The notes under the pieces were generated by a model, which did not search any database, had not been told where the DNA came from, and was given only the letters and a program-made list of their open reading frames with translations. Position numbers and translations under genes: made by a program. Shown here one piece after another: positions 9,248-19,680 of a stretch of DNA of 61,723 nt. Each line of letters starts with the position of its first letter. Position 1 is the first letter of the stretch. Origin of the DNA: an uncultured bacterium. GTDB lineage: Bacteria > CAYUVA01. Where the stretch lies: NCBI GenBank assembly GCA_964448115.1, contig CAYUVA010000024.1, forward strand, positions 1 to 61,723. The letters are read 5' to 3'.

Positions 9248-10495
9248 ATGGCTGAAGGTATCAGGGTTGTAGTAACCGGCATGGGGGCAATTACTCCCTT
9301 TGGCATTGGCACCGATAGACTCGCCAGTGGTATCTTGGAGGGGAAAAGCTGCGTAACCAGCATCGATAAGTTCGATGCAAGCGCTTTTTCATCGCGCATG
9401 GCTGCCCAGGTGCCGGACTTCGTTGCCGAGGAATTTATTGATGGCGCACAGATCCGCAAGATGGCACGCTTCATCCAGTTGGCTATAGCTGCCTCCAAGA
9501 TTGCTCTTGGCGATAGCGGACTGATCATAGATGAAGACAAGGCTCGGCGAGTAGGGGTTTATATAGCCTCGGCAATCGGTGGATTGGACATGATCGAACA
9601 ACAAAGGGATATCCTCCTTTCCAAGGGACCGCGTCGTGTCAGCCCCTTTCTAATCCCATCGGCTATCCCCAACCTGGCTGCGGGGAATGTAGCCATCGAG
9701 CTTAACGCAAAGGGACCCAATCTTTGCCATTCCACTGCCTGTGCAGCCAGTGTTCATTCCATCGGTGAAGCATATCGCGCAATTCGCAGCGGCAAGGCTG
9801 ATGTGATATTCGCAGGGGGGAGCGAGGCGACGATCACACCTCTTGCGCTTGCTGGCTTCTGCTCTATGAGGGCGCTTTCCTGCCGAAACGATGAGCCACA
9901 AAAGGCTAGTCGCCCATTTGATAAGCTGCGCGATGGGTTTGTCATGGGGGAGGGAGCTGGAACGCTGGTGCTCGAGGAGTATAATCACGCCAATAAAAGA
10001 GGAGCAAACATTCTGGCAGAGATCATCGGCTATGCGGCAAACGCTGATGCATACGATATAGCAGCCCCCTGTCCAAAGGGAGAGGGAGCCTATCTGTGCA
10101 TGAAAGAAGCCTTGAGCGACGCCGGTATCGAGATCGATAAGATCGACTACATCAATGCCCACGGCACCTCGACACCGCTTAATGACAAGACCGAGACCGA
10201 TGCGATAAAAAGGCTATTCGGCAATAGAGCCTACCAGATACCGGCAAGCTCAACCAAGAGCATGGTTGGACATCTGCTGGGAGCTGCCGGGGCCGTGGAG
10301 ACCATCGCTTCTATAATCTGCATGAATCAAGGAATTCTTCACCCCACGATAAATTATGAACATCCGGATCCGGATTGTAACCTCGACTATGTGCCCAATA
10401 AAGCAAGGGAACATAAGATCAACTACATGCTCAAGAACTCCTTTGGATTCGGGGGCACCAATGGATGCCTGGTATTAAAACGATTCGAGGCTTAG
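9248..10495 (+). CDS. fabF: beta-ketoacyl-ACP synthase II
   Basis: RVVVTGMG, TACAAS, INAHGTST, KSMVGHLLGAAG, NSFGFGG. Confidence 0.97.
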   Translation: MAEGIRVVVTGMGAITPFGIGTDRLASGILEGKSCVTSIDKFDASAFSSRMAAQVPDFVAEEFIDGAQIRKMARFIQLAIAASKIALGDSGLIIDEDKARRVGVYIASAIGGLDMIEQQRDILLSKGPRRVSPFLIPSAIPNLAAGNVAIELNAKGPNLCHSTACAASVHSIGEAYRAIRSGKADVIFAGGSEATITPLALAGFCSMRALSCRNDEPQKASRPFDKLRDGFVMGEGAGTLVLEEYNHANKRGANILAEIIGYAANADAYDIAAPCPKGEGAYLCMKEALSDAGIEIDKIDYINAHGTSTPLNDKTETDAIKRLFGNRAYQIPASSTKSMVGHLLGAAGAVETIASIICMNQGILHPTINYEHPDPDCNLDYVPNKAREHKINYMLKNSFGFGGTNGCLVLKRFEA

Positions 10496-10501
10496 AGCCT
10501 T

Positions 10502-11212
10502 ATGAGCAATATGCTTACTGATGACAAGCTGAATCAGCTTCAAGAGAAACTGAACTATACGTTTAAGGATATAGATTACCTCAAGGAGGCGCTGACTCAC
10601 TCCTCTTATGCCAATGAGCAAAACGGGATGAACCTATCCTGCAACGAGCGCCTGGAATTCCTGGGCGATGCGGTACTCAGCTTCATCGCCAGCGAGCTTT
10701 TATTCAAGCTTTATCCTACCGAGAATGAGGGCGACCTGACCCAGCGCAGAGCCAATATAGTCTCCACGGTTGCCCTGAAAGAGAAGGCTGCCGAGCTGGA
10801 TCTCGCCTCGTATCTAGTGCTCGGCAAGGGAGAGGAGATGTCCAATGGAAGGAATAAGTCTTCCATCATGGCAAACACGGTCGAGGCTGTTATTGGGGCG
10901 GTCTTTCTCGATGGCGGAAGCAGGGCGGCTCGAAGGGTCATCAAACATATCTTCAACCAGGAGTTCAAATCCCCAGCTAGGGGAGCGCCGAAAAAGGACG
11001 AGATCTCCTTGCTCTACGAACTAGTTCAGCATAAATTCGACACCGCTCCGGAGTATAAATTCCTTCCCAGCATCGGTCCCCCCCACCAGACCAAGTTCTT
11101 CGTCGCCCTTTACATAATGGGGAGTTTCATTTGCGAGGGGAGAGGCAACAGCAAGAAAGGCTCCAAGAGAGATGCAGCCAAGAAAGCGATTAGTATCCTG
11201 AATGAAATGTAG
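10502..11212 (+). CDS. rnc: ribonuclease III
   Basis: ALTHSSY, NERLEFLGDAVL, EAVIGAVFLD, C-terminal dsRBD. Confidence 0.96.
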   Translation: MSNMLTDDKLNQLQEKLNYTFKDIDYLKEALTHSSYANEQNGMNLSCNERLEFLGDAVLSFIASELLFKLYPTENEGDLTQRRANIVSTVALKEKAAELDLASYLVLGKGEEMSNGRNKSSIMANTVEAVIGAVFLDGGSRAARRVIKHIFNQEFKSPARGAPKKDEISLLYELVQHKFDTAPEYKFLPSIGPPHQTKFFVALYIMGSFICEGRGNSKKGSKRDAAKKAISILNEM

Positions 11213-11230
11213 TATAATGTCGCCTATAAG

Positions 11231-12310
11231 ATGCTGCAAAAAGGGATAAAATCAAGGCTTGGCACTTGGATTAGAAACTATACAATCATTTTGTGCCTTG
11301 CATTGGGATTCTTTGTCTTGGGTTGCAAGGAGGCGCCACAACAGGAGCCGCCTTCAGTGCAGGCGGTCGCTTTTGTCAACGGTAGCCCCATAACCGTGGA
11401 TGCCTATAAAAGAAATACCAATATTCTGCTTAAGAGATACATGCTCATGTTCCCTTATACCAGCCTGGATCAACAGGACTATCAGCAGTCGGAGCAAGCC
11501 AGCCTGAACCACCTGATAAATCGGGAGCTTCTTTACCAGGAGTGCCAAAGGCTGAATCTGCCCATCACCGAGGATATGATAGAAGACAAGCTGAACCAGG
11601 TAAAAAGCAGGCTCGGCTCCGAGCAGGAGTATCAGAACTTCCTTAATGCCTCGACGATGAGCGAGGCTGATTTCATCGAGGATATCAAGCGGGATCTCGC
11701 TGTCAAGGTAATTGTTGCCAATGTCTTGCGACCCAAGATCGAGGTTACCGACCAGGAGCTTAGAGAGCTTTACGAAAAGAAGAAGAACATCCCAGCCATG
11801 GTCAGAGCCAGCCATATCGTAATCGTTGTCAAGGAGGACGAGGATGAACAGTCGCGCAAGAAGAAACGAGAGCTGATGGAGGAGATCCATAAAAAATTGA
11901 TCGAAGGGGCTGATTTCGCAGAGATGGCGCGCATGTACTCACAGGATCCATCAAGAAAAAACGGAGGAGATGTCGGATATTTCGCACCCGGGGAGATGGT
12001 TAAGCCATTCGAGCAGGTCGCTTACTCTCTTAATGTCGGTGAGACCTCCGATGTATTCGAGACAAGATATGGATACCATATACTAAAGGTTACCGACCGG
12101 AAAGAGCCTAGAACCGCCACATTTGATGAGCTGAAAAAGTCCCTCGAGGAGCAGATAAAAAACCGAAAGGTTAACCAGCTTCTAGCCCAGACCATCGATC
12201 GCCTGCGTGCAAGCGCCCAGATAAAAGTGCACAAGGACTTGGCTTCACTGGTCAATAAGCAAGCACAACAGCAGCAAAGCCCCCAAGAAGGCTCGATAGA
12301 TCCCTATTAG
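11231..12310 (+). CDS. SurA/PrsA-type parvulin peptidyl-prolyl isomerase, lipoprotein
   Basis: VLGC lipobox, VAFVNG, VRASHI, FAEMARMYSQD, GGDVGYF, GYHILKV. Confidence 0.9.
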   Translation: MLQKGIKSRLGTWIRNYTIILCLALGFFVLGCKEAPQQEPPSVQAVAFVNGSPITVDAYKRNTNILLKRYMLMFPYTSLDQQDYQQSEQASLNHLINRELLYQECQRLNLPITEDMIEDKLNQVKSRLGSEQEYQNFLNASTMSEADFIEDIKRDLAVKVIVANVLRPKIEVTDQELRELYEKKKNIPAMVRASHIVIVVKEDEDEQSRKKKRELMEEIHKKLIEGADFAEMARMYSQDPSRKNGGDVGYFAPGEMVKPFEQVAYSLNVGETSDVFETRYGYHILKVTDRKEPRTATFDELKKSLEEQIKNRKVNQLLAQTIDRLRASAQIKVHKDLASLVNKQAQQQQSPQEGSIDPY

Positions 12311-12386
12311 TTGTCATCCCCTTGGTGATCGAATGCAAATTAATGCAGGGAAAAAGGCGAGTTGCTGGTGTTTTTTATAAATGAAC

Positions 12387-12416
12387 TTGACTTTTTTGTC
12401 TAAAAAGCAGTATGGT
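12387..12416 (+). promoter_or_regulatory. possible sigma70 promoter of the OmpA-family gene
   Basis: TTGACT-18 nt-TATGGT; AAAGGAG RBS before the ATG at 12487. Confidence 0.4.
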
Positions 12417-12486
12417 TTACTAGGTAGTAAACATGGATTATCAAAAGAAGATCACAGATGCCTTTAGTTGAAAGGAGCAAATCGAT

Positions 12487-13947
12487 ATGAGGAAATCAAG
12501 AATAAAGCTTACTTTGTTGGTAGCGATATTAGTGATTGCAACCCATGCCTACGGACAAAATGGTTCCAACAACCTCGGCTTCAGCGGAACCTTTTCGCTT
12601 TTAACTTACGATAACCTCAAGCAAGGTGAATTCGCCGGCGGGCTTTATTTTGATAACTATGACAGGACATTTGTATCTGACATTAGCGCTGACATATCCA
12701 ACCTCGCATTGTATGGCGCTTATGGCATCACCGATGATGCAGAGCTGGCGCTAAGAGTGCCGTATTCCTGGCTTAATATCGATGATGACTACAAGGATCA
12801 CAGCTTGGGGGATGTGGTTCTCGGCGGCAAGTACCGCTTCATTTACCATGAAGATAGCGATCTCGGCGCAGGTGGTATGCTCTTTGTCAAGTTCGGCACC
12901 GGCGATGAGGAGAAGATATATGCCACTGGCGAGACCGACTTCGGCGCTAGGTTCTTCTTGACCAAGGGGATGGGGAATCTAGGCTTCACATTGAACGCTG
13001 GTTACACGGTCATCGGCGAGCCAGAGGATTATGATTATGATGATGAGATCAACTATGGCGGCGGAATAACCCTTAAATTGAGCGATCATTTGACCTTCAT
13101 CACCGAGCTTACCGGCTCTACAGCCATCTCGGAGGGCATGGAGAACGACCCCCTGGATATAACCATCGGCGCCAGGCTGCACACCGAAAAGAGCCTGGTG
13201 GTCGGACTAGGTGCCCGCTATGCTTTGTCCGAAGATATTGACCATTGCCCAATCGGCGGAGTGCTGAACATAGGCTATTATCCCTGGGTACCGACACCGA
13301 CTCCGCTACCGGAGAACCACGCTCCAACTGTGAGCCTCTCGGCTGATAAGACCAGCATCATCGCCGGCAACACGGTTACCATAAATGCCACGGCTAGCGA
13401 CCCCGATGGCGACACCCTTTACTACAAGTGGTACATCGCCGATGTAGCACAGGCAAGTCGAGGTTCCACTTTCCTGTTCGATAAGACCGATACCGGCATC
13501 CATGTAGTTCGTTGCACGGTTGATGATGGTCGCGGTGGTATGGCTTCGGATTCGGTCCTTATGACCGTGCTCCCCAAGGTGGTCATCCCCAAGATAAAGC
13601 TCGAATTCAAGACCGAGCACTTCGAGTTCGATAATGCAACCTTAAGCGAGGAATACAAGGAATATTTGCGCAAGTTCGCCGAGGCGATGATGACCGACTA
13701 TAGGGATATGGATGTCCTCATCGAGGGATATACATGCCCGATCGGCACCGAGGCATACAACCTGGCGCTGGGACAAAGGCGCGCGGATGCGGTCAAGGAC
13801 TACCTCATCTCCCTTGGAGTTGATGAATCCAGAATTCATACGCTATCACACGGCGAGGATCCCCAGTACCTGATCGTCCCTTACGGCAGCAGATCAGAAC
13901 TCGCTCCCAACCGAAGAGCCACTGTAAAGCGCACCGAACAAGACTAA
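12487..13947 (+). CDS. OmpA-family outer membrane protein (beta-barrel, Ig/PKD-like domain, OmpA peptidoglycan-binding domain)
   Basis: Signal peptide; alternating beta pattern; PTPTP linker; ASDPDGDTL..W; YNLALGQRRADAV and NRR. Confidence 0.88.
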   Translation: MRKSRIKLTLLVAILVIATHAYGQNGSNNLGFSGTFSLLTYDNLKQGEFAGGLYFDNYDRTFVSDISADISNLALYGAYGITDDAELALRVPYSWLNIDDDYKDHSLGDVVLGGKYRFIYHEDSDLGAGGMLFVKFGTGDEEKIYATGETDFGARFFLTKGMGNLGFTLNAGYTVIGEPEDYDYDDEINYGGGITLKLSDHLTFITELTGSTAISEGMENDPLDITIGARLHTEKSLVVGLGARYALSEDIDHCPIGGVLNIGYYPWVPTPTPLPENHAPTVSLSADKTSIIAGNTVTINATASDPDGDTLYYKWYIADVAQASRGSTFLFDKTDTGIHVVRCTVDDGRGGMASDSVLMTVLPKVVIPKIKLEFKTEHFEFDNATLSEEYKEYLRKFAEAMMTDYRDMDVLIEGYTCPIGTEAYNLALGQRRADAVKDYLISLGVDESRIHTLSHGEDPQYLIVPYGSRSELAPNRRATVKRTEQD

Positions 13948-13969
13948 TAAGGTGAGCTGTTAATACAAC

Positions 13970-13996
13970 CAATCAAGTCTGCAAAGACCTTGATTG
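13970..13996 (+). terminator. stem-loop after the OmpA-family gene
   Basis: CAATCAAGTCT-GCAA-AGAC(C)TTGATTG with a GNRA loop; no clear U-tract. Confidence 0.45.
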
Positions 13997-14035
13997 AAGG
14001 AGCAATAGAATAACTTAACATAAGAATGTGCAAGG

Positions 14036-14419
14036 ATGGCTACCTCGGCTGAATATTGGATCTCATTGGCAAAGTACGACCTTGCCACCGCTATAGCTAT
14101 GTTAGATTCGGAAAGATTTTTATATGTGTTCTTCTGCTGTCAACAGGCTGTGGAGAAGATGCTCAAGTCCATAATCGCGGATAGAGAGAAAAAGTTACCC
14201 CCAAGAAGCCATAATCTTTTATCGCTTGCTAAAAGAGCAAAGATTGATATTAACGAACGAAATAAGGTTTTCTTTCAGATGTTATCCAGCTTTTATATTC
14301 AGACCCGCTATCCTGAGGAAACAGCAGATTTGTGGCAAAAGGCTGATAAGTTCAATGCTCGTGAGGTTTTGAAACAGACAAAGGAGTTTATTGATTGGTT
14401 AAGCTCGACCAAAAATTAG
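14036..14419 (+). CDS. HEPN domain protein (HEPN-MNT module)
   Basis: A..DL..A, QQAVEKMLK, SHNLLSL, YIQTRYP. Confidence 0.9.
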   Translation: MATSAEYWISLAKYDLATAIAMLDSERFLYVFFCCQQAVEKMLKSIIADREKKLPPRSHNLLSLAKRAKIDINERNKVFFQMLSSFYIQTRYPEETADLWQKADKFNAREVLKQTKEFIDWLSSTKN

Positions 14420-14718
14420 AGGAGCGTGCCCTTGAAGCAGTCGCGGTCGTTGCTCGGTTCGGAACCGTTGTGCGCGCTTATATCTTCGGTTCCCAAGTTG
14501 ATGGGAGAGCAGATGAATACAGCGATGTCGATGTAGGAATTTTCGTTGACGGGATTGAAAACTGGAGCTTTGAACACAGGGTTGAAGTGGCGATAAAGGT
14601 GTATAATGAGGTCGGCGATGATATGGAGGTGCACTTCTTTCCGGCTTGGAAAGTAGATAAATTTGACCCTGCAGGTTTTGCTGCTTGGGTGATGGAACAT
14701 GGTGTGCGGATATTCTGA
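14395..14718 (+). CDS. minimal nucleotidyltransferase (MNT)
   Basis: IFGSQVDGRADEYSDVDV fits GS-x10-DxD; overlaps the HEPN gene. Confidence 0.9.
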   Translation: MVKLDQKLEERALEAVAVVARFGTVVRAYIFGSQVDGRADEYSDVDVGIFVDGIENWSFEHRVEVAIKVYNEVGDDMEVHFFPAWKVDKFDPAGFAAWVMEHGVRIF

Positions 14719-14732
14719 TTGAGAGGGATTTA

Positions 14733-17312
14733 ATGCGATCTCATCCTCGTCTTGGCTTAGTTGTACTATATATGCTTTTGATCCCTACCTTAACCTCTTA
14801 CCAGGCAGAGGCAATCGAATCATTGGTTCGGATCTATCCGCTAAACGATGGGCAAGCCAGGGCACTAGCCTCAATGAACCTCGATATCGCCTCATTCAAG
14901 CGGGATAGATGGGTCGATGTTATAGTTGATGAGCAAGAGCTGGTGATGCTTGAAAGCTTTGGATACATCAGCAAGGTCCTGGTTGAGGATATGGATGGCG
15001 AGTTTGCCCGCCGCTTCGGTGATAAGGATGAGCTGGGCGCTTATCATACCTACCAGGAGATGATCGATGAGATGAACGCCCTAGCTGCAACCTATCCGGA
15101 CCTCGTCCAGGTCGTTGCCATCGGCGAGACCTGCCAAGGGAGAACTATCTGGGCAGCAAAGGTCTCCGACAATGTAACCATCGATGAAGGGGAGCCGAAT
15201 GTCCTGTGCATCGGCAATCACCACGCCAGGGAGATGGTTACCCCGGAGATACCGCTGCATTACCTCAACTGGCTGCTCGACAACTATGGGACCGATGCGG
15301 AGGCGACCTTCATCGTTGATAACCGCATGGTCTGGATAGTGCCCTGCGGCAATCCTGATGGGCACATCTATGTCGAGGAAGGGCATTCCAGTTGGCGCAA
15401 GAACCGAAGGCTCAACAGCGACGGCAGCCGCGGCGTGGACTTGAACCGCAACTTTGGCTACATGTGGGGCTATGATGACCAGGGAAGCTCGCCGATCCCC
15501 AGCAGCGATACATTTCGCGGTACAGCGCCCTTCTCGGAGCCGGAGGCGGTTGCTGTAAAAAACCTCGCTGAATCAAGGCATATAGTAACCTCGATCAACT
15601 ACCATAGCTACGGGGAACAGATCCTGATTCCCCCCGGCTATGCCAGCGGCGTCTATCCGCCGGAGCCTTATTACTCTACCTTGATGGATCTGGCTTCGCA
15701 GATGGCAGCGCAGAACGGATACGAGTACGGGATCGCCTGGGATATCATGTATCTCTCTAACGGAAGGCACGATGACTGGCTCGTTTTCGATACCACCAAC
15801 AAGCAGAGAACCTTTGCCCTGGAGCCAGAGGTGGGCAACGAGTTCTGGCCACCGGAAAGCCAGATAGAGCCGATCTGCCAGGAGAACCTGTTCGGCAATA
15901 TCCTTATGTCCAAGATGGGTGGACCCCTCATCTCCTTCCTGGAATACGAGATCATCGATATCGAGGGTGATAATGACCGCAGGGTGGATCCCGGCGAGAG
16001 CGTTCAGATGAAGATCACAGCGAACAATCGCGGTTTGGGTACTGCAAACAACCCCCAGCTTACACTGCTTAGCGAGAGCGAGTATGTCGAGATAGACAAC
16101 AACACCACCTGGTTCTTTGCCATTCCGTTTCTCGGCAAGGGGAGCACCCAGCAGCCTTATGTCTCATTCACGGTCAGCCCGCAGGCACCGCTGGGCACGA
16201 TTATCGAATTCGCCTGTGTGATCACATGCCCCGGCTTAGATCCCTTCATCAAGACGGTGAATGTCGAGGTTACAGACCTCGGCTACCGGCAGATCTACGC
16301 ATGGAATTTAGATCAGGTGCCGAGCGGGTGGAGCAGCCTTGGTACCCAATGGCAGTTCGGCGAGCCTCTCGGTGGCGGCGGGGAGTTCAACGGGTACCCC
16401 GACCCTCCCTCAGCCTATAGCGGCGATAATGTCTATGCTACCAACCTGGCTGGCGACTATGCTCCCAATAGCATTAGCTGGTTGACCACTGAGTCCCTGG
16501 ACCTGCGCGGGGTTAGCGACCTGGAGCTTAGGTATCGAAGATGGCTCAATGTCGAGGGCGGGGGCAATGATACTGCAATAATCGAGGCATTCAACGGCAT
16601 TGCCTGGGAGGAGGTCTGGCGCAGCAGCCTCCAGATAACCGAGAACCAGTGGAACCTGATTACGCACAGGCTGCCTGCATCGCTTCAGAATAAGCAGGGA
16701 GTAAAACTTCGCTTCAAGCTGACCACCAACGCGACCAAGCAGTACAGCGGCTGGAACATGGATGATATAGCCATTGTCGGCTTGGCGCCACCCTCAGCCA
16801 ACACGCCCACGCCGACCTTTACGCCGACCAGCACGGGCACTGCGAGCATTAATACCGCTACACCCTCCCCCACCATAGATCCCAGTATCACGCACACGCC
16901 GCTTGCATCCCTTACCCCCAGCCCTACCCCCTCCACGCAGCCAACATACACACACACCCCAACCAGCACTCCTTACACGCAGCCCACTCCACCAGCCATT
17001 TTGCTAGCTGGCTATTGGGATACACGGCTAAGCTCAACATGGGGCGGCAAATTGATTATCATTGCTTATGTTCAAGTCGGTACTTATGATATCGAACAGG
17101 TCAGGCTCTATTACGGCGGCGCGCCACTCGATATCACGCTCAACGATGAGGGGCTTATGGGAGACATCGCTGCCGGTGATAACATTTACACCGTCGCTTA
17201 CCCGATGATCCCAGCAGGGACGCCCCAGCTATGCCTGCTCATCGAGTTTTTAGCACGTGATGCTATCGGGCTGTACAGCCCGCGCTTCCCTTTCTTAACC
17301 TGCCCAGATTAG
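14733..17312 (+). CDS. secreted M14 zinc carboxypeptidase (carboxypeptidase T-like) with accessory domains, Pro/Thr linker and conserved-type C-terminal domain
   Basis: HHARE, NPDG, WRKNR, GVDLNRNF, FSEPE, HSYG; start moved to the ATG at 14733 so that it precedes the signal peptide. Confidence 0.9.
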   Translation: MRSHPRLGLVVLYMLLIPTLTSYQAEAIESLVRIYPLNDGQARALASMNLDIASFKRDRWVDVIVDEQELVMLESFGYISKVLVEDMDGEFARRFGDKDELGAYHTYQEMIDEMNALAATYPDLVQVVAIGETCQGRTIWAAKVSDNVTIDEGEPNVLCIGNHHAREMVTPEIPLHYLNWLLDNYGTDAEATFIVDNRMVWIVPCGNPDGHIYVEEGHSSWRKNRRLNSDGSRGVDLNRNFGYMWGYDDQGSSPIPSSDTFRGTAPFSEPEAVAVKNLAESRHIVTSINYHSYGEQILIPPGYASGVYPPEPYYSTLMDLASQMAAQNGYEYGIAWDIMYLSNGRHDDWLVFDTTNKQRTFALEPEVGNEFWPPESQIEPICQENLFGNILMSKMGGPLISFLEYEIIDIEGDNDRRVDPGESVQMKITANNRGLGTANNPQLTLLSESEYVEIDNNTTWFFAIPFLGKGSTQQPYVSFTVSPQAPLGTIIEFACVITCPGLDPFIKTVNVEVTDLGYRQIYAWNLDQVPSGWSSLGTQWQFGEPLGGGGEFNGYPDPPSAYSGDNVYATNLAGDYAPNSISWLTTESLDLRGVSDLELRYRRWLNVEGGGNDTAIIEAFNGIAWEEVWRSSLQITENQWNLITHRLPASLQNKQGVKLRFKLTTNATKQYSGWNMDDIAIVGLAPPSANTPTPTFTPTSTGTASINTATPSPTIDPSITHTPLASLTPSPTPSTQPTYTHTPTSTPYTQPTPPAILLAGYWDTRLSSTWGGKLIIIAYVQVGTYDIEQVRLYYGGAPLDITLNDEGLMGDIAAGDNIYTVAYPMIPAGTPQLCLLIEFLARDAIGLYSPRFPFLTCPD

Positions 17313-18430
17313 AGCCGGCTGGCTTTCAGCTTCGCATAAATCCAAAGCAATCTCGGAATCACCAGCGGATTGAACATGATGCTGTTGGTCAGGAAACACT
17401 CGTAGGTGCAGTAACAGCTACCATTATCTATCTTAGCCCTGATTTTACTAGCTTTCTCGCTGAACCACAGCCTCTTGAAATCATAATCGACATCGCGCAG
17501 ATTCCCCATCGAATCGGGCAGCAGCTCGCAGGGATAAAGCCTTCCAGTGGAGTCGAGCACCGCGGAAAGACGGGCAGCATAACAGGGCAGGATGCGCTTC
17601 TGCTCCCTGGCGGTTTGGATGATCACCTGGTTGCGAACCATCTTCATCGCATTTACCAGGTCAGCAAATACAAATCCCTTATAACCCGGCAGTGCCTCCT
17701 TCAACACCAGACCATCGAGCTTGGAACAGATTTCCGAGTATTTGTCCATATCCACCAACCCTGCCCCGGCATCCCTTGGCTCACCCCGCACTAGTAGATG
17801 GTTTATCGCATCCGGCTTCAGGTCATTTACCAGGTAGTCGAGCAGCTCATCGAGGTCATCTTGATTATATGCCGAGATGGTTACCGCTACATTCAAGGTG
17901 AAGTTCGAGTGCGCCCTCTTGAGCTTCTTAAGCTCGTTGAAGGTTGCAACCGCCTTGTCGAACAAGCCGGTTACTCCTCGTATCCGATCATGCTTGTAGC
18001 CAACTCCATCGATCGAGATATCCAAGCCGAAGTCGAGTCCGGGGTGGCGGGATAGAATCCTCTGAACCGATGAGACAATGCCGGCTGTATTCATTCCGTT
18101 GGAGGGAATGCCCAGGTTGGCTATGTGATTATTGGCAACGAAGATATCGACTATCTCCGGGAGATCTTCTCGAAGGAATGGATCTCCACCGGTGAGCAGT
18201 AGAAACAGGATATCATCCATCGAAGCTGAGATCTTTCTGATCTCATCGATGGTCAGCTCATCGGCAACCAATCCTCGCTCCCCGAGCAAACAATGACGGC
18301 AATGAGCATTGCAGTTCCTGGTTACGAAAAATACGAAGTATAAAGGGAGGCTATCTTTCTTGGCAATTATGCGCCTTGCGTGCTTCAGGTATCTAAGGAG
18401 GCTCCCCGTCATCAAGGGGTTATGTATCAC
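17309..18430 (-). CDS. radical SAM protein with SPASM/twitch-like C-terminus
   Basis: CNAHCRHC, TGGDPFLR, SIDG, CYAA...YPCE, CYCTYEC. Confidence 0.9.
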   Translation of the reverse strand: MIHNPLMTGSLLRYLKHARRIIAKKDSLPLYFVFFVTRNCNAHCRHCLLGERGLVADELTIDEIRKISASMDDILFLLLTGGDPFLREDLPEIVDIFVANNHIANLGIPSNGMNTAGIVSSVQRILSRHPGLDFGLDISIDGVGYKHDRIRGVTGLFDKAVATFNELKKLKRAHSNFTLNVAVTISAYNQDDLDELLDYLVNDLKPDAINHLLVRGEPRDAGAGLVDMDKYSEICSKLDGLVLKEALPGYKGFVFADLVNAMKMVRNQVIIQTAREQKRILPCYAARLSAVLDSTGRLYPCELLPDSMGNLRDVDYDFKRLWFSEKASKIRAKIDNGSCYCTYECFLTNSIMFNPLVIPRLLWIYAKLKASRL

Positions 18431-18440
18431 ATCATCGAGG

Positions 18441-19526
18441 CTATTTCACCTCGATGGGAGCTTCTTTTTGCTTTTGCTCCATGTCCGGCTGGCGCAAGAA
18501 GCCGACATAGGGGATGGAGGTCTCCTTGTAGTCTGGATGGTCGGTCTTCACAATCACCTCTCCCTGGAAGCGGTTGCGGTCGATCTTCTCTTCGGGCACC
18601 TTATCCTCGATGACTAGATCGATGACCCACTTTGCGCCCCCGAGCTCTTCCCTGACATTGGTCTTACAGATGCCACCATTATCGGTAACTTCGAGCACCT
18701 TGAACGGCTTATCCCTTCTGTTCTCCAGTGTGATGGTTACCATCTGCTTTTCACCATTCTCAAAGGGTCTGAAGAAGACGCGTTTGGGCACGATCAGGAT
18801 ATCACCCTCGATCTCGCCGTAGAAATAGATATCTATTTTGGGCTGTTTTGTGTTATTTGTCTGAATTTTGATATTGCCTCGAATAGAACCTATCGGGGGC
18901 GTCTCCTTGAACTCGACCCTCAGTAGCTGCCCTTTTTTGCCCTCTCTTTTATCTTTTTTCCAATTAAATAGGAAGATATCCGGCTGCGCGCTAACTCCAG
19001 TAATCTCCAACCGTTCTTCTTCATCCTCTCCATAAATGAAGATCTCCTTTGTGGGCAGTTCCTCTCGGTTGATCTTATGGTAAAGCAACCGTCTCGGCTC
19101 AGCCTTTACCGCCACCAGGATATTGGCTTTTATGGTCAGCGTCACCTTGGGGGTTTGGGGATCGTTGGAGATGACGGTTACAGTCTTGGACCTCTCGCCC
19201 TCGAAGCGGTTGGTATCGAAGGTTACCGTGATCTCGCCATGCTGTCCAGGGGCGATCTCCTTGTTGGAGGTCATTACTGCTGTGCATCCACAGGAGGCGT
19301 TAACACTGTTTATTATCAAGGTATCATCGCCGTCGTTATAAACCTTAAATACATGGGTAACCTTTTTGCCTTGATAAACATCACCGAAGTGAAAGACCTT
19401 CTCTGAGAACCTGATCTTCGGCTTCTTGCCGTCTTGTGATGCGGGTTGTTCCTGTGCGTAGGTACCTGCCAGTGCAAACACAAGGAGTACAATTAACACA
19501 GCCAGGATGCTTGTTGTTTTCTTCAT
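18441..19526 (-). CDS. DUF1573 domain (Ig-like) secreted protein
   Basis: FHFGDV, F.VYN.G...L.I..V.ASCGCT, IAPGQ.G.I.V.F, V.SNDP; signal peptide. Confidence 0.85.
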   Translation of the reverse strand: MKKTTSILAVLIVLLVFALAGTYAQEQPASQDGKKPKIRFSEKVFHFGDVYQGKKVTHVFKVYNDGDDTLIINSVNASCGCTAVMTSNKEIAPGQHGEITVTFDTNRFEGERSKTVTVISNDPQTPKVTLTIKANILVAVKAEPRRLLYHKINREELPTKEIFIYGEDEEERLEITGVSAQPDIFLFNWKKDKREGKKGQLLRVEFKETPPIGSIRGNIKIQTNNTKQPKIDIYFYGEIEGDILIVPKRVFFRPFENGEKQMVTITLENRRDKPFKVLEVTDNGGICKTNVREELGGAKWVIDLVIEDKVPEEKIDRNRFQGEVIVKTDHPDYKETSIPYVGFLRQPDMEQKQKEAPIEVK

Positions 19527-19633
19527 TATTAGCCTCCCATAATTATTTCATCTCGACCTGGTTTGTAATTTGCAATACATGTTTAATCAACAATCTTATC
19601 ATTTATTAGTTCCCAGATATTTTTTCAAGTAAA

Positions 19634-19654
19634 CCATCCTGCTCTGAAGGATGG
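19634..19654 (-). terminator. possible intrinsic terminator of the 1079-aa gene
   Basis: CCATCCT/AGGATGG stem followed by TTTACTT on the minus strand. Confidence 0.4.
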
Positions 19655-19680
19655 AAAGCCTCTGCCATGCCTTGCATCCA

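Noticed and set aside
14685-14732. Longer start for the carboxypeptidase
   Set aside because: It overlaps the MNT gene, and the signal peptide begins after the ATG at 14733
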